Below, piece after piece: positions 1 through 12,650 of a DNA stretch of 64,000 nt. The stretch's first letter is position 1. The number at the start of each line of letters is the position of its first letter. The stretch is from assembly GCA_951406725.2 (NCBI GenBank), contig OX597814.1, positions 52,948,001 to 53,012,000 on the forward strand, in the 5' to 3' direction. The notes beneath the pieces are model-generated. The model worked only from the letters and a program-made list of their open reading frames with translations, made no database searches and was not told where the DNA came from. Made by a program: the position numbers and the translations under genes. Source of the DNA: Octopus vulgaris. Taxonomy: Eukaryota.

Positions 1-23
1 TGAAAGAACCACTGCATATTCAG

Positions 24-230
24 CCCTTTAGTAATCAGATTATTCTGTCAAATGTAATGCTTATTTATTCACATTGCTTTGAATTTATATTGCATTATCT
101 CATTGCTTCAAGATTTTGATGTTTATTTTCAGAATGACATTGTAGGGTTGGTGTGAGAGGTTGGATCAGGCCAGTTTGAGCATAAAACAGACTATTCAGG
201 CCAGATATGGCCAGTCTAAATGCTAACAGG
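24..230. mobile_element. piggyBac-type MITE (CCCTTTAGCATT...AATGCTAAAGGG family), degenerate copy
   Basis: Same internal sequence as the TTAA-flanked copy at 46119-46338; right end AATGCTAACAGG followed by TTAA (231-234). Confidence 0.7.
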
Positions 231-449
231 TTAATGAGGTAAAACTTCATTTGTGACATGTATGACATGGCAAGTAGAAATGGCTTAAAGCATTTTTTTA
301 GCTAAGCTAAATGGGAATGATTGTGGCTTTGAAGTAAACTTATGTAGTACTGGTCACATTTACACCAATATTTACTTGCATGCTTCCTTCATTGAACAAG
401 TAAACATTTTATGCCCATTCCTCCTTTTCTTAGAAACAACGTTTTATGT

Positions 450-745
450 GAAGCATGGCCTTAGTGGCTAGGGCATTGTACTTATGATCGTGAGATCATG
501 GTTTCAGTTCCTAGAATGAGTGGTGTGCTGTGTTCTTAGCATAACACTTCATCTCACATTGCTCTGCGATCACTTCGACACTTGATGTGTGGCACACTAT
601 GCACATCTTCAGGCAGCATTGATTTGATGGAGGGAGTGAGCTAATGTACAGCACATACATTTGATCATTATAAACAAATCATTTGTACAGTTTGGCAAAA
701 AAGCTGAACATACATACATCATCTTTGATGGGAGAGACTGTCATT
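450..745 (+). mobile_element. tRNA-derived SINE (family B, CORE-like central segment), degenerate
   Basis: A-box-like TGGCCTTAGTGG and B-box-like GGTTTCAGTTCC, then tgtgttcttagcataacacttcatctcacattgctc shared with copies at 3684, 18690 and 24717. Confidence 0.7.
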
Positions 746-909
746 AGAACAACGGTATATGAGATGTTTTAGCTTGTGTCATTCCATTCATTTAGGAAAG
801 TGAAAACTTTTACTGCATAAAATATCATACTTGGGGAAACTTTCATTTTTTACTAAGTGAAGGAATCTCAAGTTCTTTTCTTTCTTTCCTTTTTTTATTT
901 TGCTTCTTC

Positions 910-1240
910 CCAACCACATGGTTCTGGGTCACTCCCACATGTGGCACCTCAGGCAAGTGTCTTCTATTATAGCCCTGGGTCAACTAAAGCCCTGTGAGTG
1001 GTGTGAATGAATTTGGTTGACAGAAATTTTGTATGTGTGTAGGTGTATGTGTGTATGTGTGTGTCTTTGTGTTTGCCCCCTGTCACTGCTTGACAATTGA
1101 TGTTGGCTTATTTCATCCCTGTAACTTTTGCATTTTGGCAAAAGAGACCAAAATAAATAAGTACCAGGTTTAAATAATAAGTTCAGGTATTGATTTGTTT
1201 GATGGCTGCAGTCCAATAACTGAAACAAGTAAAAGTAAAC
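910..1240 (+). mobile_element. SINE family A, 5'-truncated
   Basis: Colinear with the full copy at 21959-22358 (ggcaagtgtcttcta...aaagcc...gtgagtgg, internal TG repeat, tail ctgaaacaagtaaaag). Confidence 0.75.
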
Positions 1241-2039
1241 AACAAAAAAATGACTCTTCCCAGACACATGAGAATAAAACATTGCTTTATTTGAAGCCAC
1301 TATGAAAATAAAACTTTTACCCTATTTTTCAATACTGAAATCTATTGTTTGTTAACCATAGATAGATGAAGAATAGAAAGATTTTCTTTTTATGCTATAC
1401 CAACTATTTATGAAGTTAATGGTCTATTGTTTGCCAACTCCTGGTCTAGAAATTTTGATAGATAAGATAGATTGATAGACAAACAGACAAGTAGACAATT
1501 AAACTAGAAATTGAAATAAATAGATGGATAAACCAACATAAACAGATGGATAAACAATAAAAAAAAAATGACAGATTGATAGGAACATATAGATATACAG
1601 ATATGCAAACACACATACACACTCACACATACACATTATCATTATCATCATCATCAAAATCATCATTTAACATCCATGTTCTAGGCTGGCATGGGTTGGA
1701 CAGTTTAATAGAATCTGGTGGGCTCAAGGACTGCATTGTGCTCCAGCTTTGGCATAGATGCTTTTCTTATTGCTTTTTATCAGCTTTGGATGGATGCTTG
1801 TCTTATTGCCAACCACTTTACAATGTATAATGGATGCTTTTTCTCATACCACTGGCAGTAATGAGAACACCTTGCCGGTATGACAGAAGCTGGGGAGGAG
1901 GGAGCAGGCGTGTGATAGAGTAAGAGACAAATAGTGCCAATACCAACCATTCATAGTGATAGACACAATGTGGTCCAAAACAGCATCCAAAGGTTAGCTG
2001 TTACCTGCTACGTTCGTATGTATATATAATAGAGAGAGG

Positions 2040-3130
2040 ACATTCAATAGAGTTTGCTACAACATTGTCCCCTATGATATCTTGAAATACTACATCCTTT
2101 GCAAGTGTCACAGTATCTTTCTGAATTTGATGTAGACTTTCTGCTCGAGGAAATTTGTAATGTTATATATACAGTATAGTCATATGCTTTTCTAAGCACT
2201 ATTTGAAGTTGAAGGTTTCACTTCATCTCATGACTCAGCTATATCATCCACAGCATCCACTATGTTAAATTTCTTCCAGAAATCTCTAACTGTAGGTTTA
2301 TCCTCCTTGTCAATTGTTTTCATAAATTGTTTGGAAGTTCTCATATAATTTGTTTTGAAGTTAGCTATCACACCTTGATCCATCAGCTGGAGCAATGAAG
2401 TTATAGTCATGGGGATATATTCAACTCACACATTATCAGAAAAATCATCTAAGTTGGCTTGGTGTAGTGTCTAAAAGAAGCAATGCTTTACTGGAAATAT
2501 TGTGTCTGGCACTGTACCTTTCTACAGCTGGACAGAAAATATATGTAAATCACTTTTTGAAAAAGCTTTTAGTTATTCACATCTTCTTATTTGAATGCCA
2601 AATCAAAGGTAGATTAAATTTTGCATAACCCTTGAAAACCTTTGAATTTTTGGAGTGATGTGTGAGTAGGGGCTTTAATTTCATATTACTAGAGGCATTT
2701 CCTCCCAAAATAAGTGTCAGATGATTTTTGGAAGGTTTAAATCCTGGTGTTGATTTTCTTCTTGACAAGTGAAAGTTCTAGGAAGCATATGCTTCCAGAA
2801 AAGTGCAGTTTCATCAATGCTATATACTGGCTCTGGTGTGTAGTCCCCTTCAGCAATCATTTTCTTCAACTGATCAGGATAATTAGTAGCAGCCTCTGTA
2901 TCAGCACTCACAGTTTCACCAATCATTTCTATGTTGTGTAAATTCATGTCCTTCTTAAACCTTTCAAACCAGCCTTTACTAGTCAAAAAAGGGATTTTCA
3001 CTAGAAGTTTCACCTTCCTTTTTCTGCAAATTGTCATAAACTTTTGGCTCTGTTTTGAATTACCTTCATGTTTATTGACACATTATGCCACTTCTGATCC
3101 TTGATCCATACACTCAAAAGTCATTTTTTT
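2040..3130 (-). pseudogene. Tigger/pogo-family (CENP-B-like DDE_1) transposase, frameshifted
   Basis: Successive ORFs carry FLTSKGWFERFKK, IDETALFWKHMLPRTF, PGFKPSKNHLTLILGGNAS...KLKPLL and TSLLQLMDQGVIANFK...RDFWKKFNI, which are typical Tigger motifs. Confidence 0.9.
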
Positions 3131-3683
3131 TAAGCATCATGCTAGATCTCTAGAAAAATGTTCAGACAGTAAATGAAATAGTTTCTTGATTACTTGACAT
3201 AATTTTCTTTTTCTTTGTTTCCTTGGTGAGTTAGTTATGGGGTTTTTGATTGAACTTTTGATCGCTTATACTTTTAATTTATTTTCTTCCTAAAAATATG
3301 TTGTTAATAAAATCATCAACTAGAAATGTTTGATTGACGAAAGTGAAAAAGAACAAACAAAAGGAAAAAAACTGAAAGGGAAAATTGTAAAAATATCTTC
3401 TTAATCTGTGTAACCAGTGGTGACTCATAGATAAAATTAGTGGGTGGGTGCTGCTTCAGAAAAATGTTTAGCCTTTGTTTTAATATTGTGTAAAAGGAAA
3501 CAAACATATAAAAAGGAAATTTATACATAAACTTAATCGGTTTGCATTTTAGCCACTGCCAGTATGTTTAATTTGTTCACTGAACACTACTGCAAATTCC
3601 CTCTTGTTTGTCAAAAATCCCTCCTAAATCACAAAATAAGGGGAAAATCTGCCCTATTTTTCAAATCCTGGCAGCAACACTGT

Positions 3684-4025
3684 CTGAGATCCCCCTTTGG
3701 TCACAACACAGACCATGGGATTGCACCTAGAAAGTTACCCTCCCAGGCACAAATCCGGGCAAGGTTGTTTATGGAAGACCAGCAGTTGCCCATGCATACC
3801 AGCTCCCCTCTCCATGCCACCAGTGTTATCCAAGGGAAAGGCAAAGGCTGATACAGCTTGGCATCTTTGACATCGCAACTCATTTCTACAGCTGAGTGAA
3901 CTGGAGCAATGTGAAATAAAGTGTCTTGCTCAAGAACACAACATGCAGCTCAGTCCGGGATTCGAGCTCACAACCTCACGATCGTAAGCTTGATGCTCTA
4001 ACCACTAAGCCATGTGCCTTCACTA
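3684..4025 (-). mobile_element. tRNA-derived SINE family B, full length, with 12-bp TSD
   Basis: Minus strand has A-box TGGCTTAGTGG and B-box GCTCGAATCCC; CAGCAACACTGT flanks both sides (3672-3683, 4026-4037). Confidence 0.85.
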
Positions 4026-5819
4026 CAGCAACACTGTAGCAGAATAATAATCTAATTCTACACTTTATCACATTCAAGAATACACACGTTTTAAAGCATA
4101 ACACACATGGAGTTAAAAAGAAACACTATCTTTCACTAGCACACCAGGGTCAGCACTGTGTGAACAACAGTGCTCTCTTTCCCTAGTGTGCAGCTTCCTA
4201 TCTCAGACATGTGAGCATGCACACAACAGCCAAACACCATATCACTGGAACTGTGAAGCACACAGTTCTATAAAAGTATTTTTGTATTTTTTTCATAAAC
4301 TAGGGGATAGCTACTGACATTAAGCTTAAGGATTATATAATATACAAGTGTAAAGAAAGAATTAATGCGAAAAGGACTCATTATATTGAATGTTATTGAT
4401 AATATTGAGTGGAAATAGGGGGTGATGCTGTTCCATAGTGCCTATACACAAGCCGCCACTGTGTGTAACTAACGTAAAAGATACACTAAAAAATGTGGTC
4501 AGTCAATACTTAGAAAATGGCTAACCACATTCAGAAATTATAAAACTGCTTTATACATTGACAGACATTTTCTCTCTTTTGCCATATATTGTTCCCAGTG
4601 TATATGTCTCAAGATTTAATGTTTTGGCAATATAACTTAGATTTATCTCTGCATCAAGTCTTTTTAATACATCAAGTTTAATATGCAATGCAGACCCTTT
4701 ACAGTTCTTTTTGCATTATGACCTGCAGGTCTACTTGATAGCTTCTTTCCAGATATCTTAAATTGAAGACAAATCCTACAGTAGTGGTGATTAGTTATTC
4801 ACAACAAACAAGTAGTAAAAAAATTTGGACCAGGAAAGATCTGATTTGTGAGATTAGAATATTGTCTTATTCCTATTGATGCAATAATGAAAACAAGAGA
4901 AAGGTGAATGACTGAGGAAAGAGAAAATATTATATGACTGCAGTTAGCTGAAAGTTCACCAGATTTACTTGTACTTCTAACTTAAGACAAGTACACACAC
5001 ACCTCTACTCACACAAACTTACACACACACACACATTTATATACAAACACTCATACACACATACATATGTGTGCATGTACACACACATACAGGCACTCAT
5101 ACACAGACACCTATACTCCTGCAGACATGTGTTGGTGTACATGCTGATATCTGTTGTAGCCAGTTGGATTCAGAAGTTGGTGGGTTGATAGTGAGGACGA
5201 TGTGGGTTGCATTGGTTTAGATGTTAGTGATGGTGTTTTGGTATTGTAGGTGTTGTAGTGGTTATATGGTTCTTGTTAATTGTATTGTGGCTGTTTAGTC
5301 TCAAGTCAGTCCTCATAAACCTGAGATCAAAGACATTTCATTCAGCTTTTAAAATACACTAGACTACTACATTATATGTTTTTACGTGAAATGAATTTTG
5401 CTTATCTACTTCATACTAAATATTACCATTGCTATTAGTGGTTGTGAGCGTGTTGATGATAGAAACATGCATGTACACATACATACATATATACGCACAC
5501 ATATATGCACACACACACATGTATGTATACTCATATTATGTACATTATATATACATGCACGAGTGTGCATGTATGTGTGTTGTAATGTGATGATAGTTTT
5601 TCAAATCTTCAACTATATACTTGATCTCAACTAAAATACAAGTGACCATTGGTCGGAGATTAAAGTGTAGCTTTAAATTGTATGCAATACAGGTTTCTGT
5701 AAGAGTGAAATTACAGATCGTATCCTGAAATTAATAGTCATGCTTTACAATTTCTGTAAGCATGAAAACCCATAACCTGAGGTAGTCATAAAGCAAGGGA
5801 TTGCTGATATATTAATATA

Positions 5820-6710
5820 CTAGCAGTAATACCTGTCGTTGATAGGGTAATTACTTTTACTGTTTCTTGGGAGCCACATTCAAAGTATTATTATATATGT
5901 AATTTACTCCTGTGTGTGTGTGTGTGTATTTTTATAAGAGAAAAATATGTAATAATTGAAGTAGAAAAAAGACGAATTTCATGCATGAACTTGTGTTTGC
6001 TTATTATATGACAATAATAAGTGAGTTGCATGTGTTATTTTATTTATTAATACAGTAATGACAAGTATATAATATTGTTATAAGAGAAAAAACATGTAAT
6101 AATTGAAGTAGGAAAAAGATCAATTTCATACATGAATTTCTGTTTGTTTATCACATTCAAGAATATACACATGTTTTTAAGCATAACACACATGGAGTTA
6201 ACTGAGTTGTATGTGTTATTTTATTTACCAATACAGTAATGGCAATTATATAATACACTTCATTTAAACAGGTAATTTACTCATTTGTAAATATTATGAT
6301 AGTAATAGTAAATTAAGTTATAGAAGTATTCATGTTGCATTAAGAGTGAATAATTATCCATAAATAATGTCTTTTGTTTTATTTTGGGGTGCATAAGCAG
6401 AAAGATTTGCTTTTGCTCCCACGTATGATGCTCCTACATAAAGTTGGCCATGTGAAAAACATGATTGTTCAAGTTGCAATCCAGCAACTTTTAGATGGTG
6501 TAACTGGTAGGTGAGGAATGAAGACGGTCTTACATTTACCACAGCCAGTGAGAATATTTACCTCAATGCAGTTCTTCATGAGTTTGTGCACAATTAATCT
6601 TGTACCATTGCATAATTTTGGTTGAAACAAATTATGTAATAGCATAATAAGAAACCATTTTTTTCAACTGAAGACCATGAGAAAGTGTACCTGGTGGTTC
6701 ATCAACACTG
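5820..6710 (-). mobile_element. Helitron 3' fragment (PIF1-like helicase C-terminus, hairpin, CTAG)
   Basis: LKVAGLQLEQSCFSHGQLYVGASYVG...YAPQNKTKDIIY; the minus strand ends ccctatcaacgacaggtattactgCTAG|T. Confidence 0.8.
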
Positions 6711-6714
6711 ACTG

Positions 6715-7430
6715 ACCATTGCTCCAAATTGCTCCCAAGACCATCACAGAATAGCTGCTATGTTTCATTGTTGGCTGCAATCTTTTCACATCAAATTTTT
6801 GATCACAGAGTCTCCAGACTCACACTCGACCACTGTCAGAAAATACAGTAAATCTGAACTCATTGCAGAATATGACAGTGCCCCAAAATGTTAGTCGCCT
6901 CTTCATCATCTCACAGGCCCAAACTTCTCCGCTTGATATTGGTTGGTCAAAGAAGAGGTTTTCTTCTTGCTGCTCTGCCATAGTAACCAAGCTTGTGGAG
7001 ATACTTGACAGCTGTTCTAGAACTGACATCTACTTGTTCTACTATGTCAGAGGCCTTGCAAGGAGGATTATCCTCTACACTTCTCTTAACAAAGAGAAGG
7101 GTCCTGTCAGAGAGCCCTGGTCATCCTGGGCAAGGTGATGTGGACTTCTTCACCTCTCTGGTGAATTGCATAGTCACTCTATTAACTGTAAAAAGTGGGA
7201 TCCCAAGGTTTTCCACAATTTTACCCTGACTATGTCCACCTTCAAACTGACCCACAATATGGCCTCTTTGAAATTCAGACAGTTTCAAGGTTTCTTTTGT
7301 ACATGACATGACTAAACAGTCACATATAGAACATGAAACAAACATAAAAATGTCAATTAATAAAAAATATAAACCATTACAAGCTAGAATAAACATATAA
7401 CAATGTTTTATGGGGTGTCTATTTACTTTA
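6715..7430 (-). pseudogene. Tc1-like transposase fragment
   Basis: [36 protein letters not shown] (Tc1 paired-like HTH) and FWGTVIFCNEFRFTVFSDSGRV (region of the first catalytic Asp). Confidence 0.8.
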
Positions 7431-7479
7431 GGCATGTCTATGTGTGTGTGTATATATATATATATATATGAAAACCTTT

Positions 7480-7855
7480 GATAAAATGTATCTATGGGTT
7501 AAAGTAGTAGAAAGGCCAGGGACCAACATAAAATCTCTGATCTGTAGAACATATACATTTATAAGGCGTACTGTGGGATGGTGCAGAAACAGGACAATAA
7601 CATACATTGAGGAGACAGCATATAGCATAGATGAGAGGACAGGTGAACAATGGCAGGAGATCAAGGAGGAGAGAAGCTTTTCAGTGCTCAACATGCTCAA
7701 TTAGAACATGGTGGCTCAATCAATAATATAGATGTTAAGATATTATCAACACATAGAACAGACACAACACTTAGACAGGTTATGGAGGCCACACATAAAG
7801 TAGTAGACAGACTGAACCTCAACAGAAAATTTGAATGGAATGATAACCTCTCCTC
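7480..7855 (+). pseudogene. Penelope-like element GIY-YIG endonuclease fragment, decayed
   Basis: TYIEETAYSIDERTGEQ resembles the YIGETxRxLxERxxEH motif; later RQVMEATH...LNRKFEW resembles the R..EA...LN end of PLE endonucleases. Confidence 0.6.
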
Positions 7856-8425
7856 TTTCCACCGAGAAAAAAAAAGACACCAATACCAATAATATAATAC
7901 ATAAACCCATACACACATACAGATACTTAACAGAATGAGAAAGAAAAAGTAATCTATATATATATAAGTGAGGTTGTATGAGCAGGTGTGTAAACCTGCA
8001 TAACTTCTAAAGTTCACAACTGACTTTCTCCAAACTGGGAACATACATTACTTATGTTCCAGAGATGATTTTAGACCTTAAAATTTTTCACATGAGTAAT
8101 GGGCTCTTTGGGAGCAGAAAATACCCATTCCTGGATTATGTGGATAAGGGAGGTAACTCTTTGTGAAGTAACTTTCAGAAATTGATTGTCTTCCTTACAT
8201 CCAGCGCAATTACTCTGCTGAACGTTTTTCATCTTTTTAAAATATTGATATTAGTTAATGTTTTTTATTGACAATTAATTATTAACATAACAGTATTATC
8301 TCAGTTCATTGTATGTATTTCTTAAAATTTGCTAAGATATTGATATTATTTACCTTTTTTTATTGTCATTTCATTATTAATGTACAATTGTCATCTCATT
8401 TTATTATATTGTATTTCTTGACATA

Positions 8426-9225
8426 ATGTCTCCAAAAAGGAGATCCTCCATTGGTCGAAAAATTATCACAATCTCAAATGGCTGTGTGAAAGAGCAATAC
8501 TGGCTCCAAAAAACAGCACTGTAAGTAAAATTAATGAGCAGCTGCTGCAGTACCTTCCTAGATGCCTTCACATCTATAAGTCAGTCAATACAATCCCAGA
8601 TCCAGAAAGGGTGGTAAACTATCCAACAGAATTTCTCAATTTGTTGGAGCCTCCAGGACTACCTCTCCACAAATTGGAACTTAAAGTGGGAACTCCAGTA
8701 ATGTTATTGAGGAATTTGGATCCACCAACACTCTGCAATGGGAAATGCCTGGTGGTAAAGATGATGCTACATGTTATTGAGGCCACCGTTCTCTCTGGAT
8801 GTGGAAAAGAAGAGGATGTTTTCATACTCAAGATTCCTCTTATTCCACTGGGAGCAGAAATTCCTTTTTCATTCAGAAGAGTGCAATTTTCTATTCATAT
8901 CAGCTTTGTAATGTCTATCAATAAATCCCATGGTCAAACACTTTTTGCGGTAGGATTTCACTTGGAAGAATCATGCTTCCTGCATGGGCAATTAAATGTT
9001 GGCTGCTCTAGAGTGGGAAGCAAAAATAAACATCTATTTGCATTTGTTCCACAAGGGAAAACAAAGAATATTATTTACCAAGAGGTTTTGTAGGAATTAC
9101 TGCATTCTACGATGTGCTCCAGTATCCACTGCTCTTTGTGAATAGTGAAGATGGATACCATTTCAGCATAATGCCAACAAACCTGAAGACTGCACCAACA
9201 AAGCAGTTTCCTGCATGGACTTCAG
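8426..9225 (+). mobile_element. Internally deleted and rearranged Helitron RepHel remnant
   Basis: MSPKRRSSIGR start, then [12 protein letters not shown]...YPTEFLNLLEPPGLPLHKLELKVGTPVMLLRNLDPPTLCNG...SINKSHGQTL...HGQLNVGCSRV (PIF1 helicase C-terminus), then FYDVLQYPLLFVNSEDGYH (Rep N-terminal motif). Confidence 0.88.
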
Positions 9226-10334
9226 TATCAAAACATATTCTCTAATTATTCCCACCAACCACGTGGTAAGCCATTATGCCTTATTTTTTCAAGCAATCCA
9301 TTACTATGTATTCTGATGTGATTGCATTGGCTTAGGTTATGTTTCTTATTCTACAGCCTCACCAGTAAACCAATGTCAACCCTTTGCTTTCTACAACATT
9401 TCAACAGTTCACTTCCCCATTGCAGCCCCTTTCTGGAATGTACCCATTTACATACAATATCTCCATTACTTCTACATCCATTCGACAGTCAATTTTATGA
9501 TGGGTCATGTTAGATGCAGTGCCAACTGCCACCGATGAGAGTATATCAACTAACAGTTCTTCAGTGTGTCCAAAAATCACATATCCCATCTTCCCCAATT
9601 TTCCATGACAGGTTAGGGCCTGGAATCCTCCAAACGGACGCATGACATGCTGCTTAGTTGAGTTAACCCATCATTTACTCCACAAATATTTTGATGTCAA
9701 TGCTGCACTTCCCGTATCACATTTTTCAACATAACTGTAATATATATATATATACAAACTATGCCATTTTAATCCTGAGCAATGCTGGGTATCTCTGTTA
9801 GTAAATGAATAAAAGACTTGGGTACAAACAGTGTAGTAAACAAACTCATATACACACATAAAGCATGCATACTAAAACCATAGACATATGCACACACATA
9901 CACATACAGATACAAATGTATGCACAGATAAGAATACATACCACAGAAAGACAAAAATGAACTAAGCAGAACAGGAATAGACACATGGAAAAGGTCACTG
10001 AAGAAGTTACAGCATGTGTGAATAAAGAGCCTTGACAAAGACTCTAAAATAGTAACAATAAAGCTGAAGTGAAGAGCAAATATGTAGTGCAGGTATTTAG
10101 TTAGCAAAATATGGCCATCCCCAAGTATATGTGTGTTTGTGTGTGTGCATGTGTGTGTGTATGTATGTCAGTAAGTCATAAACCCAAAAGACAATGCACA
10201 CTGTAAGTTATAGAGAAGTAGAGTAATTAGATAAAGATAGTTATAGCTGGTCTTTGGGGTTGCTCTGGGTTTCACATCCATAAAGTGCTTAGCTTCACAG
10301 TGTTTCTTCAGACCATGTATATATATATATATTG

Positions 10335-10915
10335 CCTCAGAGAGGCAATGACGAAAGACCGAGACCTCTGAAGATATGCTGTGAATGTGAAGACCCGACA
10401 AATAACGTGAGTTCATGGCTGTTTCCTGCACCAGCTTCACATAGAAGCCCCAGCCCATCCAAAGTACCTTGGATTGCAGGATGGCCTGCTGTGCTTACCT
10501 TGGATCGCAGGACAACCTGCTGTGTTTGAGGAGACCTGTTGAGACAAGTACATCAACATCAAAAAATCAAATGGAAATTGTAGTTGTGATACCTGTGCCG
10601 GTGGCATGTAAAAAGCACCATCCAAACATGGCCGATGCCAGCGCGCCTTGACTGGCTTCCGTGCTGGTGGCATGTAAAAAGTACTAACCAGTCGTGGCCA
10701 TTGCCAGCCTCCCCTGGCACTTGTGCTGGTGGCACATAAAAAGCACCCACTGCACTCACAGAATGGTTGGCTTTAGGAAGGGCATCAAGCTGTAGAAACA
10801 CTGCCAGATCAGACTGAGCTTGGTGCAGCCTCCTGGCTTCCCAGACCCCGGTCGAACCGTCCAACCCATGCTAGCATGGAAAACAGACGTTAAACGATGA
10901 TGATGATGATGATGA
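10335..10915 (+). mobile_element. RTE-clade LINE 3' UTR/tail ending in (GAT)n
   Basis: Same tail as follows the RTE RT at 32815-33025 (tggttggc..taggaagggcat..agctgtagaaac...ccatgc.agcatggaaaa.gga.gttaa) plus (GAT)n. Confidence 0.75.
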
Positions 10916-11049
10916 TATATATATATAATATATAATTATATGCATATATACATACATATATGTACATACCCACATATATATGTATATATACATGCATATA
11001 TGGGTACAGGACATCAAAAAATGTTGAACACAATGAGAAACGAAAACAT

Positions 11050-11081
<32 letters not shown>

Positions 11082-11461
11082 CACATACACTCACATATAT
11101 AGGTATATAAACAGTAAGACACACATTTAATTGCACTGCTATGATATTGAAATAAACATTAAAGATAAGTTGATTAATTTTGATGGTTTGTGATAACAAA
11201 TTTTAGCTTAAGCTTCTCTCCTCATTAATGAGACCAATTAATTTTGACATTAGTTTATCAAGAAATTGCTATATGTGACATCCTGCAGAGTAATTTCTAA
11301 CTAACAAGGAAATAATCTTTCGTCTTGGTCACTAATCTGATAAATACTTATGGAATGGAAGATACAGATTAGAGAAGGAGGATTTACCAAGATTTAATAT
11401 TTCTGGTCATTATGATCATCAATCACCTTACCTTCAAGGAATGGTAAGGTGATTGACTCTC

Positions 11462-11498
11462 AAGAATTAGTGTGTGTATGTGTGTATATGTGTGTGTG

Positions 11499-11556
<58 letters not shown>

Positions 11557-11605
11557 GTAAGTATATGTGCAATTAAATGTGTGTATATGTGAGTGTGTAT
11601 GTATT

Positions 11606-11644
<39 letters not shown>

Positions 11645-11725
11645 ATGTATATACATTTATATATGTATATATATATATATATAATGTATATACATTTATA
11701 TATATATACATATCGATACATAAGC

Positions 11726-11779
<54 letters not shown>

Positions 11780-11800
11780 GTATATACATATACATATATG
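11462..11800. repeat. Compound (TA)n/(TG)n/(CA)n microsatellite
   Basis: Seen directly; it generates the low-complexity YIYI ORFs. Confidence 0.95.
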
Positions 11801-11804
11801 TGAT

Positions 11805-12215
11805 AAAAATCTTCTGGCAAGCTAACATGGATGGAGTAGTGGGTGTAAGCATACTCCTTGCAGAGAAATGGGTGGATAAAGTCATAGAGATTGTCAGGGT
11901 ATGTGACAGAGTGCTTAAGCTCAGGCTAGTCCTGCAGAACAACACAGCTACAATTATCTCTGCCTACTCCCCACAAGTGGGCCTACCAAATGATCAGAAG
12001 GACCATTTTTTATGATACGTTTCTATAGGTTACCTCAAAGATGAGTGACAATCCGGTATCTTCACTGGTGTACACAGGGGCCATGGTATTGATTCCGGAG
12101 ACAATAAGGGAACTAGGCTACTGGAGTTCTGTGATGCATGTAACCTTTTAATCTGCAACACTAACTTCAGGAAGCCAGACAGCCACCTGATAACTTATCA
12201 ATCAGGTGACTCTGC
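11805..12215 (+). pseudogene. RTE LINE AP-endonuclease fragment
   Basis: [35 protein letters not shown]...[12 protein letters not shown], later GTRLLEFCDACNLLICNTNFRKPDSHLITYQSG. Confidence 0.85.
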
Positions 12216-12221
12216 TAACTA

Positions 12222-12520
12222 TCATGCCATCTGATGTGGTTTTTTTAAACCAGACAATGTTTTGAAAAGACACCTACATAGAATGCACATCTGATTTGGA
12301 CCACCAAGAGCTGCAGTTAAATTCTGATCTTTGTGGATCTTAAAATGTCTTTTGATGCCTCCATTAGATTTGCAGACCTTCTGGCATACATTGTATTCAA
12401 AGGTGTGCACAGACATATAGGCAGAATAGTTGGTAGAGGTTCATATTCTATGGGTTCACAAATGAGTTTTGAGCCCGACAAAAGAAAGGCTTGGTCAGTC
12501 ACAAACTGTGCACACAAAAA
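12222..12520 (-). mobile_element. C2H2 zinc-finger-like fragment, probably a LINE ORF C-terminus
   Basis: YNVCQKVCKSNGGIKRHFKIH and CILCRCLFKTLSGLKK; no splice signals seen; abuts the RTE fragment. Confidence 0.45.
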
Positions 12521-12650
12521 GATCATATATACATACACACACATCATTATCGTATATATGCCTTTCATGCTAATATATATATATGTGTGTGTGTGTGTTG
12601 TGTGTGTGTGTGCTAATATATATATGTGTGTGTATATATATATATATATA

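Noticed and set aside
9401-9643. ORF containing HGKLGKMG as a candidate MORN1 exon 3
   Set aside because: No acceptor AG or pyrimidine tract in front of it, and no YEG motif after it.
11460-11945. Long ORFs rich in YI/HT/VC dipeptides (also at 10871, 55413, 56137)
   Set aside because: Translations of dinucleotide microsatellites.
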